The notes under the pieces were generated by a model, which saw only the letters and a program-made list of their open reading frames with translations, made no database searches and was not told the origin of the DNA. The position numbers and the translations under genes were made by a program. A DNA stretch of 22,086 bases from Archangiaceae bacterium (GTDB lineage Bacteria; Myxococcota; Myxococcia; Myxococcales; Myxococcaceae): contig JAYVCD010000180.1 in assembly GCA_043750125.1 (NCBI GenBank), positions 1 through 22,086 of the forward strand. Direction: 5' to 3'. Below are positions 1 to 8,812 of the stretch, piece after piece (the first letter of the stretch is position 1; every line of letters starts with the position of its first letter).

Positions 1-900
1 GTTCTTCGCGAACGACGGCGGGTCGAGCACGATCGTGTCGTACTTCTTCCCCTCGTCGACCATGTCGCGCAGGAAGTCGAACGCGTTGGCGGTGACGACC
101 TCGACGTTGGACAGGTTGTTGAGTTTGGCAGCGACTGAAATCTGGGCGCAGGCCGGCTCGGAAATCTCGACCGCCGTCACCCGGGTCGCCTTGCGTGCCA
201 GCTGCAGCGCGAAGCCCCCGTGGTAGGCGAAACAATCGAGCGCTTCGCCATTGGCGTACTTGCTGGCGACGACGTGGTTCTCGCGTTGATCCAGAAAGGC
301 GCCCGTCTTTTGCCCGTTGATCAGGTCGGCGCTGAGCTCGATCGAGCCCTCGTGGTAGCTGACCGCCGCAGGCACTTCGCCCCGGATGATTCCCTTCTCC
401 AACGGCAAGCCCTCGAGTGCGCGAACCCCCACGTCCGAGCGGTTGACGACCCCTTTGCACTTGAAGTGCGCGACCAGCAGATCTGCGATCAAATCTTTTC
501 GCTGCTCGGTGCCGGGCACGAGGAACTGCACCGACAGGTAGTCGCCAAAGCGGTCGACCACCAACCCTGGAATTCCGTCGGCCTCGCCATGTACCACCCG
601 GTACGTCGTTTCTCCCGGGTAGGCGTCGCGGCGCAGCCGGTCGGCCGCCTCGATGCGCTGCTTGAAGAAGGCCTCGTCGATCGGTCGGTCTTCCCAGGTC
701 AGCCAGCGCAGCGAGATCTTCGACGCGCGCGAGAAGAACGCCTGCCCGAGAAAGAAGTTGCGGTGATCGATGACCTGCACCACCTCGCCCCCCACCAACG
801 ACTTCGGGGCTTCGACATCCGATTCGTAGATCCACGGGTGGGCGTTGGTCCAGCGCTCGACGCCGCGCCGCGACAGCTTCACTTTCTTCGCTTCACTCAC
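1..900 (-). CDS. rlmI: RlmI/YccW-family 23S rRNA (m5C1962-type) SAM-dependent methyltransferase with N-terminal PUA-like domain; 3' end runs off the window
   Basis: Not in the ORF track because it has no stop in the window. Manual translation from GTG at 900 gives MSEAKKVKLSRRGVERWTNAHPWIYESDV...YRVVHGEADGIPGLVVDRFGDY...DCFAYHGGFALQLA...YDTIVLDPPSFAKN. The HPWIY, GEADGxPGLxVD, FxYxGGF and LDPPSF motifs are typical of RlmI. Confidence 0.9.
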   Translation of the reverse strand, partial: MSEAKKVKLSRRGVERWTNAHPWIYESDVEAPKSLVGGEVVQVIDHRNFFLGQAFFSRASKISLRWLTWEDRPIDEAFFKQRIEAADRLRRDAYPGETTYRVVHGEADGIPGLVVDRFGDYLSVQFLVPGTEQRKDLIADLLVAHFKCKGVVNRSDVGVRALEGLPLEKGIIRGEVPAAVSYHEGSIELSADLINGQKTGAFLDQRENHVVASKYANGEALDCFAYHGGFALQLARKATRVTAVEISEPACAQISVAAKLNNLSNVEVVTANAFDFLRDMVDEGKKYDTIVLDPPSFAKN

Positions 901-1000
901 AGCGCACTCACTTCGTCTGCCGTCACGTTCCGGGGCTTCATTGTTTCAACGTATACGTCGCCCGCACCGGATCAGGGTCGAAGAACCGGTTTCCCTGCGC

Positions 1001-1441
1001 TCAAGGCTGAAAGACGATTTGCGCGTTGGCCGGGGCGTTGCCTCGCCGGAAGTAGCCGATCGCCATCGGATTTTGCTGCAGAAGCAGGGCGGCCTCGGCC
1101 GACGAGTTGGCGCGCAGCACCCGCGCGAACAGGTTGCCCTGGTACTTCCGTTCGAGCTCGGCCTGGTCGCGGGCATCACAGGGGGTCTCGAGAACTTTCG
1201 CGCAGAACGCCGCGTGCAACGCCACGTCGTTGAGCTGCAACACGATCACGATCGGTTCACGATTCGCCCAGAACTGGCGCTTGAACATGAAGACTTCACT
1301 CGCCGACTTCCGCACCATCTGCTTGGGAGGGGACGCCGAATTGACCACCACGACGATCTCGACCTCAGAGGGCGAAGGGGCCTGGGCGCACAGCAGCATT
1401 CCGAGCACGAGCAGCCCGACGTGGCGTTCGAGGCGCTTCAC
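1001..1441 (-). CDS. Small exported protein resembling one lobe of a type-2 periplasmic binding protein (PstS-like; porin-associated family)
   Basis: GTG at 1441 overlaps the porin stop (GTGA). It has a signal-like N-terminus (VKRLERHVGLLVLGMLLCAQA), then EIVVVVNS, 'EVFMFKRQFW' and a C-terminal 'QNPMAIGY' motif, as in the roughly 140-aa PBP-like proteins found next to porins. Confidence 0.7.
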   Translation of the reverse strand: MKRLERHVGLLVLGMLLCAQAPSPSEVEIVVVVNSASPPKQMVRKSASEVFMFKRQFWANREPIVIVLQLNDVALHAAFCAKVLETPCDARDQAELERKYQGNLFARVLRANSSAEAALLLQQNPMAIGYFRRGNAPANAQIVFQP

Positions 1442-2571
1442 AAGGACCACGCGAGTTGCGCTCGGCCCGAAGGACTGACCGGAAGCCCCTGGGGGAAATC
1501 GACGGCTGCTTCGACCTTCAGGACCAGTCCCGAAATCACCTTCCACCCCAGGCCCAGCAGGACACTGCGCGTCGAGGGGAGCGGGGCGGTGAGGTCGTAG
1601 AAGGGATCTATTTGTTCATCGTGACTGATCAGATCGAAACGCGCGTAGGCATACACCGGGCGAAAATTGACCCGGCCTTCGGCGAAGAAGCCGATGGTTC
1701 GGCGTTTCCCGAGCGCGGTGCTGGTGTGGTCGACGAGGTACCCCTCGGCCAGGAACCAGACGACGTCCGTGTCGATCAACAGGTGCGCGCCGAGCAGCAT
1801 CTCGTCCTGGGGAGGACGCAACGTCGCCCCGTCGGCGTCCAGCTCGGTAGGAATGCGGTCGTAGAGGGCATTGAGGCCGATGCGAACGCCCCAATCGATC
1901 TGGCTCAGGGTGATCGCGCCGAGAACCGCCTTGGACGGGTTTAAGTCTCTGACGTTGAGAATCTCGTCTTGAAAGCGGCCACGCCCATTGCTGACCGTGA
2001 GGTTGTACCCGAGCGAGAAGTTGCCGAAATCCAGATCGCCGGCAGCCTCGATGCCGATCGCGTGCACCGGGAGGATCCCGCCCCCGTCTTCGAAAGCCAC
2101 CGCCGCGGGTCGTTCAATGGTGTTCGCGAGGTACGCGCCGTGATGGTAGGCGGCGTTGTAGTAGCCCAGTGCCTGGTGAATCCGCCCGACGGTGACGCGC
2201 AGCAACCGGTCAAACAACCAGGTGGCGGATACCCGCTCGACATCGACGACGAAGTTCTGGTCCGAGCCGGCCTCGAACACCAGCTCGGCGAGCAGGTTCA
2301 ACTTCCGATAGGGCTGCGAGGTGAGGAAGAGATCCACTCCGCCCAGCACGAAAGACGGGTGGCCCTGGCCGGAAGCGGTCCCATCGAAATTTCCGAACAC
2401 CCCCACACTCAGCGGCAGCGCCCGGAAAAACGCCTCGCGGGCCGACGGGGCGGGCTCGACGGGTAGACCGGCCTCCGGGGCAGTGACCCCCGCGTCCATC
2501 GTTTCCTGAGCTGCTGCAGCACCGGTCCACAGAAGGACGCACGTGGCCAGAGACATGAAGCCATTCCCCAT
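1438..2571 (-). CDS. Outer-membrane beta-barrel porin (OprO/OprP-like putative porin)
   Basis: Signal peptide (MSLATCVLLWTGAAAAQ; alternative start 2556) and amphipathic beta-strands. Motifs 'LAELVFE...VDVER', 'GRIHQALGYYNAAYHHG...TIERP' and 'VSNGRG'. The C-terminal strand AQLAWSL resembles a beta-signal. Confidence 0.8.
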   Translation of the reverse strand: MGNGFMSLATCVLLWTGAAAAQETMDAGVTAPEAGLPVEPAPSAREAFFRALPLSVGVFGNFDGTASGQGHPSFVLGGVDLFLTSQPYRKLNLLAELVFEAGSDQNFVVDVERVSATWLFDRLLRVTVGRIHQALGYYNAAYHHGAYLANTIERPAAVAFEDGGGILPVHAIGIEAAGDLDFGNFSLGYNLTVSNGRGRFQDEILNVRDLNPSKAVLGAITLSQIDWGVRIGLNALYDRIPTELDADGATLRPPQDEMLLGAHLLIDTDVVWFLAEGYLVDHTSTALGKRRTIGFFAEGRVNFRPVYAYARFDLISHDEQIDPFYDLTAPLPSTRSVLLGLGWKVISGLVLKVEAAVDFPQGLPVSPSGRAQLAWSL

Positions 2572-2580
2572 GGCGGCCGA

Positions 2581-2891
2581 TTATCCCTGAAGCACCGCCG
2601 CAAACGCGAGTGGGAAAGGCTGCGCACCCTCGCGCACAGGGTTCGGGAAACGATCGCCCGGCGTAGCCCTCGGCGAGGCCTTTTCGCAGCTGATCGAGCA
2701 GGGCGACGCACCTGGCGCGGAGTCACCCAGTCCCAACCGTTCGTTTCGAAGTCCGGCAGTCCGAGGCGATGGGCCAGCTCCAACGGGTTGCCTCCCAGAT
2801 GCCGGAAGTATTCGCCAAAGGGGCGCAAGAACCGGGCGACGAGCTTCTTCGACGCTGCCGTGGAAGGTGGGCTTGAACGCTGGGTCTTCAT
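2581..2891 (-). pseudogene. Possible remnant of the N-terminal ligand-binding domain of an AraC-type regulator (frameshifted, no HTH)
   Basis: ATG at 2891 gives MKTQRSS...LVARFLRPFGEYFRHLGGNPLELAHRLGLPDFETNGWDWVTPRQ. A shifted frame near 2710 continues CVALLDQLRKGL, resembling the 'GxDPxxLLxxxGL...WVP..x.xLL' start of AraC N-terminal domains. The end coordinate is approximate. Confidence 0.4.
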
Positions 2892-3022
2892 TTCATCGCC
2901 GGCACCCTGCGCCGCCTGGCCGTTCGCGCGCACAGCATGGCGACTCCAGACGGATCTTGTCGCGGGCGGGTGACGCGGGGAACGTCAATCCGTCTCGATG
3001 AGGTGACAGCTCGAAGGGACCT

Positions 3023-3862
3023 TTAGAGCGAGATCACTTCGTCCACCGTCACGTGTCCCTTGCCTTCATCCTTCACGGTGCACGCCGCGAGGTGGGGGTC
3101 GTGCTCGAAAAACAAGATCCATTTCTCTTCGAGCGCCTGCGCGAGCAGCTGTTTTTTCTCTTCAATCACCGTCAGCGGGTACAGGTCGTAGGCCGCGACC
3201 CATGGGACGCGCAGGTGAGAGGTGGTCGGCACCAGGTCCCCGCAGTAGACCATCGTCTGATCGCCTGATTCGACGCGCACCAACTGCAGCCCGACGGTGT
3301 GACCTTCGCTGACGAAGAGGTGAATGCCCTCGTAGAGTTCGGTGGCTCCTTCGAGCAGGTGCAGTCGGCCACTCGATTCGAGTGCGGCGAAGTCCTGGTG
3401 ACGAAAGCTGCCGGCGTCTTTCTCGCTGGGCTGATGGGCCCACTTCCAGTGGCGACGCTGCAGATGGTAGGTCGCGTTCGGAAAGGCGAGCGCGCCATCG
3501 CGGGTGGTCCCTCCGGCGTGATCGAAGTGCAGGTGGGTGAGGACCACGTCGGTGATGTCGGCGCGGGTGAGGCCGGCGCGCTGCAGCTCGCGATCGAGAT
3601 CGCAGCTGCCTTGATCGATGCCGTACATGTCCCGGTGCTTTCCGTCCCACTGCAGGCCGACTCCATCGTCGACGAGCACCCGGCGCTTCCCGTCGTCAAT
3701 CAGCAGGCAGCGCACCGCGAGCTGAATCCGGTTGCGATCGTCGGGCGGAAATTTCTTTTCCCACATCGGGCGGGGGACGACGCCGAACATCGCGCCGCCG
3801 TCTAACGCGATCGAACCGTCGCGGACTGCATGAACAGTGAACCGACCCAGCGAATAAGGCAT
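3023..3862 (-). CDS. MBL-fold metallo-hydrolase, YtnP/AHL-lactonase-like
   Basis: LDGGAMFGVVPR.W N-terminal signature; HLHFDH metal motif; GHTVG, GDL and FEHD. Start taken at MPYSL (3862). Confidence 0.92.
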   Translation of the reverse strand: MPYSLGRFTVHAVRDGSIALDGGAMFGVVPRPMWEKKFPPDDRNRIQLAVRCLLIDDGKRRVLVDDGVGLQWDGKHRDMYGIDQGSCDLDRELQRAGLTRADITDVVLTHLHFDHAGGTTRDGALAFPNATYHLQRRHWKWAHQPSEKDAGSFRHQDFAALESSGRLHLLEGATELYEGIHLFVSEGHTVGLQLVRVESGDQTMVYCGDLVPTTSHLRVPWVAAYDLYPLTVIEEKKQLLAQALEEKWILFFEHDPHLAACTVKDEGKGHVTVDEVISL

Positions 3863-3923
3863 CGCGGCGCATCCTCGCACGGGTCAACAAGCAGTCGCCC
3901 GCGACAATTTCAGTCGCGGTCTT

Positions 3924-5079
3924 TCAGTTGATCCCCGGCGAAGGGCAGCCGTACACGATGTCCAGCTTCACCAACGTCCCCGCTTTGAGCTTGTCGCAAG
4001 CCGCGCCGTAGAACGTCACCTGGTTCTTCACCGCGTCGTAGTCCCACCCGCCCGCGTGGGTCGCATCTCGGTTCACCTGCACCTTTCAAAGGGTCGGGAG
4101 GCGCCTGGGTGAGCGCGTAGTTGCAACCCAACGTCCGACCACCGATCACGTCCAAAGCTGCCTGCAGGCTGGCCTGGTCCTGGGCGTTGAAGAACAGGTA
4201 CCCGCCGTCGCCCGCGGTCGGTGCGATTTCTCCGCCGGCGTCCGCGAACCGGGTCAGCGAAGGCACGTCGTTCGCCCCGGTGTTTTCGAAAGCCACCACG
4301 AAGGTGTTCACCCCTTTCTGCTTTCGAAGGGTGTCGATCGCCAGCTCGGTTCCCGTATTCCCGCCTCCGGCGTTGCAGCCTGATTGAGCGCCGTCGGTGA
4401 TCAGCAGCATGAAGCCGCGGTGCCCGGGATCATTGAGCCCCGGATCCGTGGCCGCCTGCTGAATGCCGGTGTCGATGTTGGTGACGCAGGGGCCTTTGGG
4501 GTACTCGATTTCGCCGGCGTCGAGCGCTTTGTTCAGGCGATCTTGAATTGCCATCTCGTTGTTGTCCCCGATCGGAATCGGGATCGCGCCCTGGGCACAG
4601 TTGGGCATCACGGTGTCCGCGAACATCGTGAGCCCGAACCGGACCTTGCCTTTGTAGGTGGTGGTCAAGCGGTTGACCGCTTCGACGGCGATTTCCCACT
4701 TGGTCCGGGTGCCGATTTTCGAGGTCATCGAGCACGATCGATCGAGCGCGATGATCATGCTCGGCGACACGCTGCCGGCGTTGACCTGGGTCGAGCCGCA
4801 GCTGGAACCCGGAACGCAGGTGCCCCCGTCGGGCTCACAAATGTTGCCCATCAGGCAGTCGTCGTTCGCGCCGCACTTTCACGCGTTGACACAGCGGCGA
4901 ATCACGCTGCAGTACTGGGGCGCGCCGCACGCCTGCGCGCACGACGCCGAGCTTCCCCCGCCTGAGCCGTTGCCGGCTCCCAGGCCTCCGCCCGTGCCGC
5001 CTTCACCCGGCCCGCAGTTGCAGCTGTACGCGACCGCCAATACGACGCAGAAAGCCACCAACGAAAACCGAGTGCCCAT
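3924..5079 (-). pseudogene. vWA-domain lipoprotein with Cys-rich N-terminus, disrupted by an in-frame TGA (4879-4881) and a frameshift/deletion near 4085
   Basis: ORFs 4879..5079 and 3910..4851 are in the same frame (CVNA*KCGANDDCLMGNIC). It has a lipobox-like LAVAYSC, a MIDAS motif DRSCS and LLITDG. After PPDPL the family-like C-terminus KVQVNRDATHAGGWDYDAVKNQVTFYGAACDKLKAGTLVKLDIVYGCPSPGIN* is in another frame and ends at 3924. Confidence 0.85.
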
Positions 5080-5160
5080 CGCTCGACGTTAGCCCCGGGG
5101 GGCAGTCAGTGCTCCGAGTGTCGCTTCAGCGATTCGGCCGGGGGTTGGCTGCGGCGAGTG

Positions 5161-6147
5161 TCAACGCCCGATCGAACCCATCGCCTGCTCCGGGTAGCGC
5201 AGTCCGGCCGCCGAACCCTTCGGCGCGATCGCATCGATTTCGTTCAGCTCGGCCGCGGTGAGGGTCAGGTCCAACGCCTGGACGTTCTCTTCCAGGTAGG
5301 AACGCCGCTTGGTGCCGGGAATGGCCACGATGTCTTCGCCTTGCGCCTGGACCCAGGCCAGCGCCAGCTGACCGGGAGTCGCGCCCTTGCGTCTGGCCAG
5401 CGCTTCAATCTTGGAAACCAGCGCGATGTTTTTTTCGAAGTTCTCGCCCTGGAAGCGGGGTGAGAAGCGCCGATAGTCGTCGGGCCCCAGGTCTTCAAAG
5501 CGCTTGATCTGCCCGGTGAGGAAGCCGCGCCCCAGCGGGCTGTACGCGACGAAGCCGATGCCCAGCTGACGGCAGCTGGCCAACACTCCCTCTTCGGGGT
5601 CGCGCGTCCACAGCGAGTATTCGGTCTGCAGCGCAGTGATCGGGTGCGTCTTCGCCGCCCGCTGCAGCGTCGCAACCCCCGCCTCGGACAAGCCGAGGTG
5701 GCGGATTTTCCCTTCGCGGACCAGGTCGGCCATCGCACCGACCGTCTCTTCGATCGGCACCGAAGGGTCGACCCGGTGTTGGTAGTACAGGTCGATGGTG
5801 TCGATGCCCAGGCGCTTGAGGCTGCCCTCACACGCCGCGCGCACGTATTCCGGCCGCCCGTTGATCGAGCGCTCTTTGGGATCCTGGCTGCGAACAATTC
5901 CAAACTTGGTGGCGATGACCAGGCCCTCGCGTCGACCCGCGATGGCCTTGCCGAGCAGCATCTCGTTCTTGTGCGGACCGTACATGTCCGCGGTGTCGAA
6001 GAAGGTCACGCCCAGGTCGATCGCCCGATGCAGGGTCGCGATCGACTCGGCTTCGTCGGCAGCGCCGTAGAACTCCGACATCCCCATGCAGCCCAACCCT
6101 TGTGCACTGACCTTCAGGCCCGATTTCCCCAGCGTCCGTGTTTTCAT
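5161..6147 (-). CDS. Aldo/keto reductase (AKR13/YakC-like)
   Basis: [56 protein letters not shown] and IPGTKR motifs. The real start is ATG 6147. Confidence 0.95.
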   Translation of the reverse strand: MKTRTLGKSGLKVSAQGLGCMGMSEFYGAADEAESIATLHRAIDLGVTFFDTADMYGPHKNEMLLGKAIAGRREGLVIATKFGIVRSQDPKERSINGRPEYVRAACEGSLKRLGIDTIDLYYQHRVDPSVPIEETVGAMADLVREGKIRHLGLSEAGVATLQRAAKTHPITALQTEYSLWTRDPEEGVLASCRQLGIGFVAYSPLGRGFLTGQIKRFEDLGPDDYRRFSPRFQGENFEKNIALVSKIEALARRKGATPGQLALAWVQAQGEDIVAIPGTKRRSYLEENVQALDLTLTAAELNEIDAIAPKGSAAGLRYPEQAMGSIGR

Positions 6148-6209
6148 TGGGCGGTCATAACCAGCTGAGGTGAGCCGAACGAGCCAATCGCCGGGTGTAT
6201 AAGGCTCCG

Positions 6210-6716
6210 GTGCGCTACGAGCTGCTGGTCCAGCCTTTAGAGCCGGGCACCCCGTGGGACCCAGCGAACTTCGACAAGCTGCTGCACGAGAAGGGCGCGT
6301 TTCCCAACCCCGATGGCTCACGCACCTGGCGATTGAAGTCGGGTGAGGTGCAGGTGCGGCTGTTGATCGAAGGGGGCCAGCCGATCGCCACCGAGCTTCG
6401 GGTCGAGCTGTCCGACCGGCTCGAGCTGATTCGAGAGCTGGTGATCGAAGGCGTCGCGCTCAGCACCGACGCCGGGGCGCGGTTGGTGGATCCGCAGCTG
6501 GCCAAGACGCTGATCGCCAGCGACGAAGGGCGGGTGGCCGACCAATATTTTCGCACCGCCCAGTACGCCGGGCAGTACGCCGGGGTGTCCACCGCGGTCC
6601 TCGCCAGCTACGGGACCGCGGAAAAAGACGAGGGAATGAAGGCCGGGACCAAGGTTCTTTTGGCGATCGTCGCTTTTTTCGTCTCGATGTACCTGGTGAT
6701 CGAAAAGTTGTTCTGA
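6210..6716 (+). CDS. Hypothetical protein with a single C-terminal transmembrane anchor
   Basis: Clean ORF with high-GC3 codon usage, divergent from the AKR gene. Hydrophobic C-terminus [16 protein letters not shown]. Start is GTG 6210 or 6195. Confidence 0.75.
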   Translation: MRYELLVQPLEPGTPWDPANFDKLLHEKGAFPNPDGSRTWRLKSGEVQVRLLIEGGQPIATELRVELSDRLELIRELVIEGVALSTDAGARLVDPQLAKTLIASDEGRVADQYFRTAQYAGQYAGVSTAVLASYGTAEKDEGMKAGTKVLLAIVAFFVSMYLVIEKLF

Positions 6717-6723
6717 CTTCTGC

Positions 6724-6741
6724 TGTCCTCAACAGAGGACA
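6724..6741 (+). terminator. Short hairpin after the 6210-6716 gene
   Basis: TGTCCTC-aaca-GAGGACA forms a perfect 7-bp stem just after the stop. There is no U-tract, so support is weak. Confidence 0.3.
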
Positions 6742-6847
6742 AGCCGACGCTTCAACCGGCCGTCTTCAGGACGAGGCCCCCCATTGCCCTACATCAATCC
6801 CCGCGGGCTCAGCTGGAGCACCGCCGCTCCCGTTTTTCTCACCGTAA

Positions 6848-7663
6848 ACCGCGCTGACGACCGAGGGGTGCTCGTGTTACTGCGCTCAGCCCTATACCTG
6901 TGGGCACTCGAGCTCGCCTTCGCGGATGTACTCGGGCGCGCACGCCGCGATGCTGCGGGCCGGCGTCGGCGACAGCCTGCTGATTCAGACCTTCGGCGAT
7001 GCGCCGGCTTCGGTCGGGACCCACTGCCCCGAGCCGGGCGCCACCTACTCTGCGGCGACCGACATCTCGTCCGGCTCGAGCCCCTGCAGCCGGGTGCATG
7101 ACCTGTGAATGCAGGGGTTCGCGGCCTACTACCGCTCGCCTCCCTCGTTCAGCTACCACATCCACATGGTGTACGCGGGCACCCCCTCGCTGAAGAGCTC
7201 GCTCAAGAGCCAGCTGAGCTCCTTCGCGGCGGGCCGCAACGGCCTGGCGAACAACGAAATTGAAACCCACTGCCCGATCACCCAGGCGGAAAAGAACGCG
7301 GTCGCCGACGTGCGCAATGGCGGCAGCGGCGGCGGCGGTGGCGGGGGCTCGGGCACCTGCGTTCAGGGCGGCTACTACTGCGGCGGCGACAAGGTCAGCG
7401 GCAGCGCCAGCACCCTGTACGTGTGCGGTTCGGGCGGTTCGGCCAGCCCGGTTCGCGCCTGCAAGCACGGCTGCAGCATCAATTCCGGCGACGACGACAG
7501 CTGCCGCTGCTCGGCAGGCGGCGCGTACTGCGGCGGAGATCAGGTTTCCGGCAACTCCAGCACCCTCTACCGCTGCGGCTCGAACGGAGTCTCCACCACG
7601 GTGATCGCGCGTTGCTCGCGCGGCTGCAGCGTGAATTCAGGCAGCGACGACAGCTGCCGCTAA
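6848..7663 (+). pseudogene. Secreted-type M15/LAS-like Zn peptidase (putative peptidoglycan hydrolase) with a Gly linker and two Cys-rich repeats; N-terminus missing, in-frame TGA at 7106-7108
   Basis: One frame from 6848 reads TALTTEGCSCYCAQPYTCGH...QTFGDAPASVGTHCPEPGATYSAATDIS...RVHDL*MQGFAAYYRSPPSFSYHIHMVYAG...QLSSFAAGRNGLANN. This follows the 'ASxGTH...D...LRxxGFAAxxR...HIH...GRNGLAN' pattern of actinobacterial/actinophage lysin-type domains. Confidence 0.7.
7358..7660 (+). repeat. Two tandem ~50-aa six-Cys repeats (C-x2-GG-x-YCGGD-x-VSG-x2-STLY-x-C...C-x2-GCS-x-NSG-x-DDSCR)
   Basis: Visible in the translation and the DNA; units are 7358-7507 and 7508-7660. Confidence 0.9.
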
Positions 7664-7686
7664 GCGGGTTGCGTTGACGCAGCACC

Positions 7687-7730
7687 CGGCCGGGGATCGA
7701 GCTTCCTCGATCCCCGGCCGTCTTTTTTTT
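7687..7730 (+). terminator. Rho-independent terminator between convergent genes
   Basis: Perfect 15-bp stem CGGCCGGGGATCGAG-cttc-CTCGATCCCCGGCCG followed by TC and eight T. Confidence 0.9.
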
Positions 7731-7747
7731 GACCGGTGCAGAGTCGA

Positions 7748-8812
7748 TTACGGAAGCTTGAACTTGAACGTGGTGTGGACCCAGGGCCACCAGTGGGTCC
7801 AGGTCGCCATCGCGGTGGCTCCCACGGCGACCAGCCCCGCCATCGCCCAACGCCACCCGCGCCGCGGGGTCGACGGGTGTTCGAACTCGCGCATGATCGT
7901 CATCTCGGTTCGAGACAGACGGCCCAGCGCTTCGCTCTCGGTGATTTTCCCCCGGTGCCGCAAGAACGCCATCAGCAGCGAATGCTCGGACATCGTCAGG
8001 TGGCTCGACACCCAGCTGTCCAGCGCGCGGCGCATCTCGGCGATGTCGAGGTAGCGCTTGTCGGGCTTGAGCTGCATCGCCCGGTTCACGATTGCCCGCA
8101 GCTCGGACGGCGCGTTCGGCGCGACCTTCCTCAGCTTCTCGAGCTTCCCCTGCGCAATCTTCGCAAACACGTCGCCTGCGGTGGGGCCGGTGAACGCGCG
8201 CTTTCCGCTCAGGCTCTCGTAGAGCAGCACGCCCAGCGAGTAGAGGTCACTTCGCCCGTCGACCTCGCCCCCGGTGCACTGCTCGGGTGACATGTACGCC
8301 GGAGTCCCCACCGCCGTGCCGGTGCGGGTCAGCTTGTCGAGCGCCTCGTCCTTGGCGATTCCGAAGTCCATCAGCTTCACTTCGCCGGACTTGGTGATCA
8401 TCACGTTCGACGGCTTGAGATCGCGGTGGATGATGTGGGCGAAGTGCGCGTGCTCGAGCGCCGCCGCAATCTGGGCCGCGATCACCGCCGCCACTTCCGG
8501 GGGCAACGCGCCTTCGCGCAGCAAATCGCCGAGCGTCGGCCCGTCGACCAATTCCATGATCATGTAGAGCGCGTCGCCCTTTTCGATCAGGTCATAGAGG
8601 GTGACGATGTTCTGGTGCCGAAAGGCGGCCAACGCCAACGCTTCGCGTTTGAACCGCGACAGGGCTTCTTTGTTCTTCGACGCGTCGGCGGGCAGCTCTT
8701 TGATCGCCACCTCGCGCTGCAGCGGCTCGTGCACCGCGCGATACACCGTCGCCATGCCTCCCTTCCCGAGCTCTCCGAGAATTCGACATTCGCCCACCTT
8801 GCGAGGCTTCAT
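7748..8812 (-). CDS. Hanks-type serine/threonine protein kinase with C-terminal TM helix and no sizeable extracytoplasmic domain
   Basis: GKGGMATVY, VAIK, HRDLKPSN, DFG and GTPAYMSPE motifs; TM segment WAMAGLVAVGATAMATW. ATG 8812 overlaps the upstream stop (ATGA). Confidence 0.95.
   Translation of the reverse strand: MKPRKVGECRILGELGKGGMATVYRAVHEPLQREVAIKELPADASKNKEALSRFKREALALAAFRHQNIVTLYDLIEKGDALYMIMELVDGPTLGDLLREGALPPEVAAVIAAQIAAALEHAHFAHIIHRDLKPSNVMITKSGEVKLMDFGIAKDEALDKLTRTGTAVGTPAYMSPEQCTGGEVDGRSDLYSLGVLLYESLSGKRAFTGPTAGDVFAKIAQGKLEKLRKVAPNAPSELRAIVNRAMQLKPDKRYLDIAEMRRALDSWVSSHLTMSEHSLLMAFLRHRGKITESEALGRLSRTEMTIMREFEHPSTPRRGWRWAMAGLVAVGATAMATWTHWWPWVHTTFKFKLP

Noticed and set aside
220-1600. 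Long plus-strand ORFs (337 aa, 251 aa)
   Set aside because: Antisense shadows of rlmI and the PBP-like gene, common in high-GC DNA; no motifs.
2971-2987. TGACG-N7-CGTCA palindrome as an operator
   Set aside because: Only 5-bp arms and a single copy; could easily arise by chance.
5091-5157. Imperfect hairpin between the AKR stop and the vWA start as a riboswitch or ncRNA
   Set aside because: GC-rich imperfect pairing with no recognisable family motif.
4879-7108. Two in-frame TGA codons as evidence of stop-codon reassignment or selenocysteine
   Set aside because: TGA is the normal terminator of many genes here, including coupled ATGA/GTGA overlaps. The expected residues differ between the two sites (Gly-like vs Arg), no convincing SECIS hairpin follows, and both genes carry other lesions.
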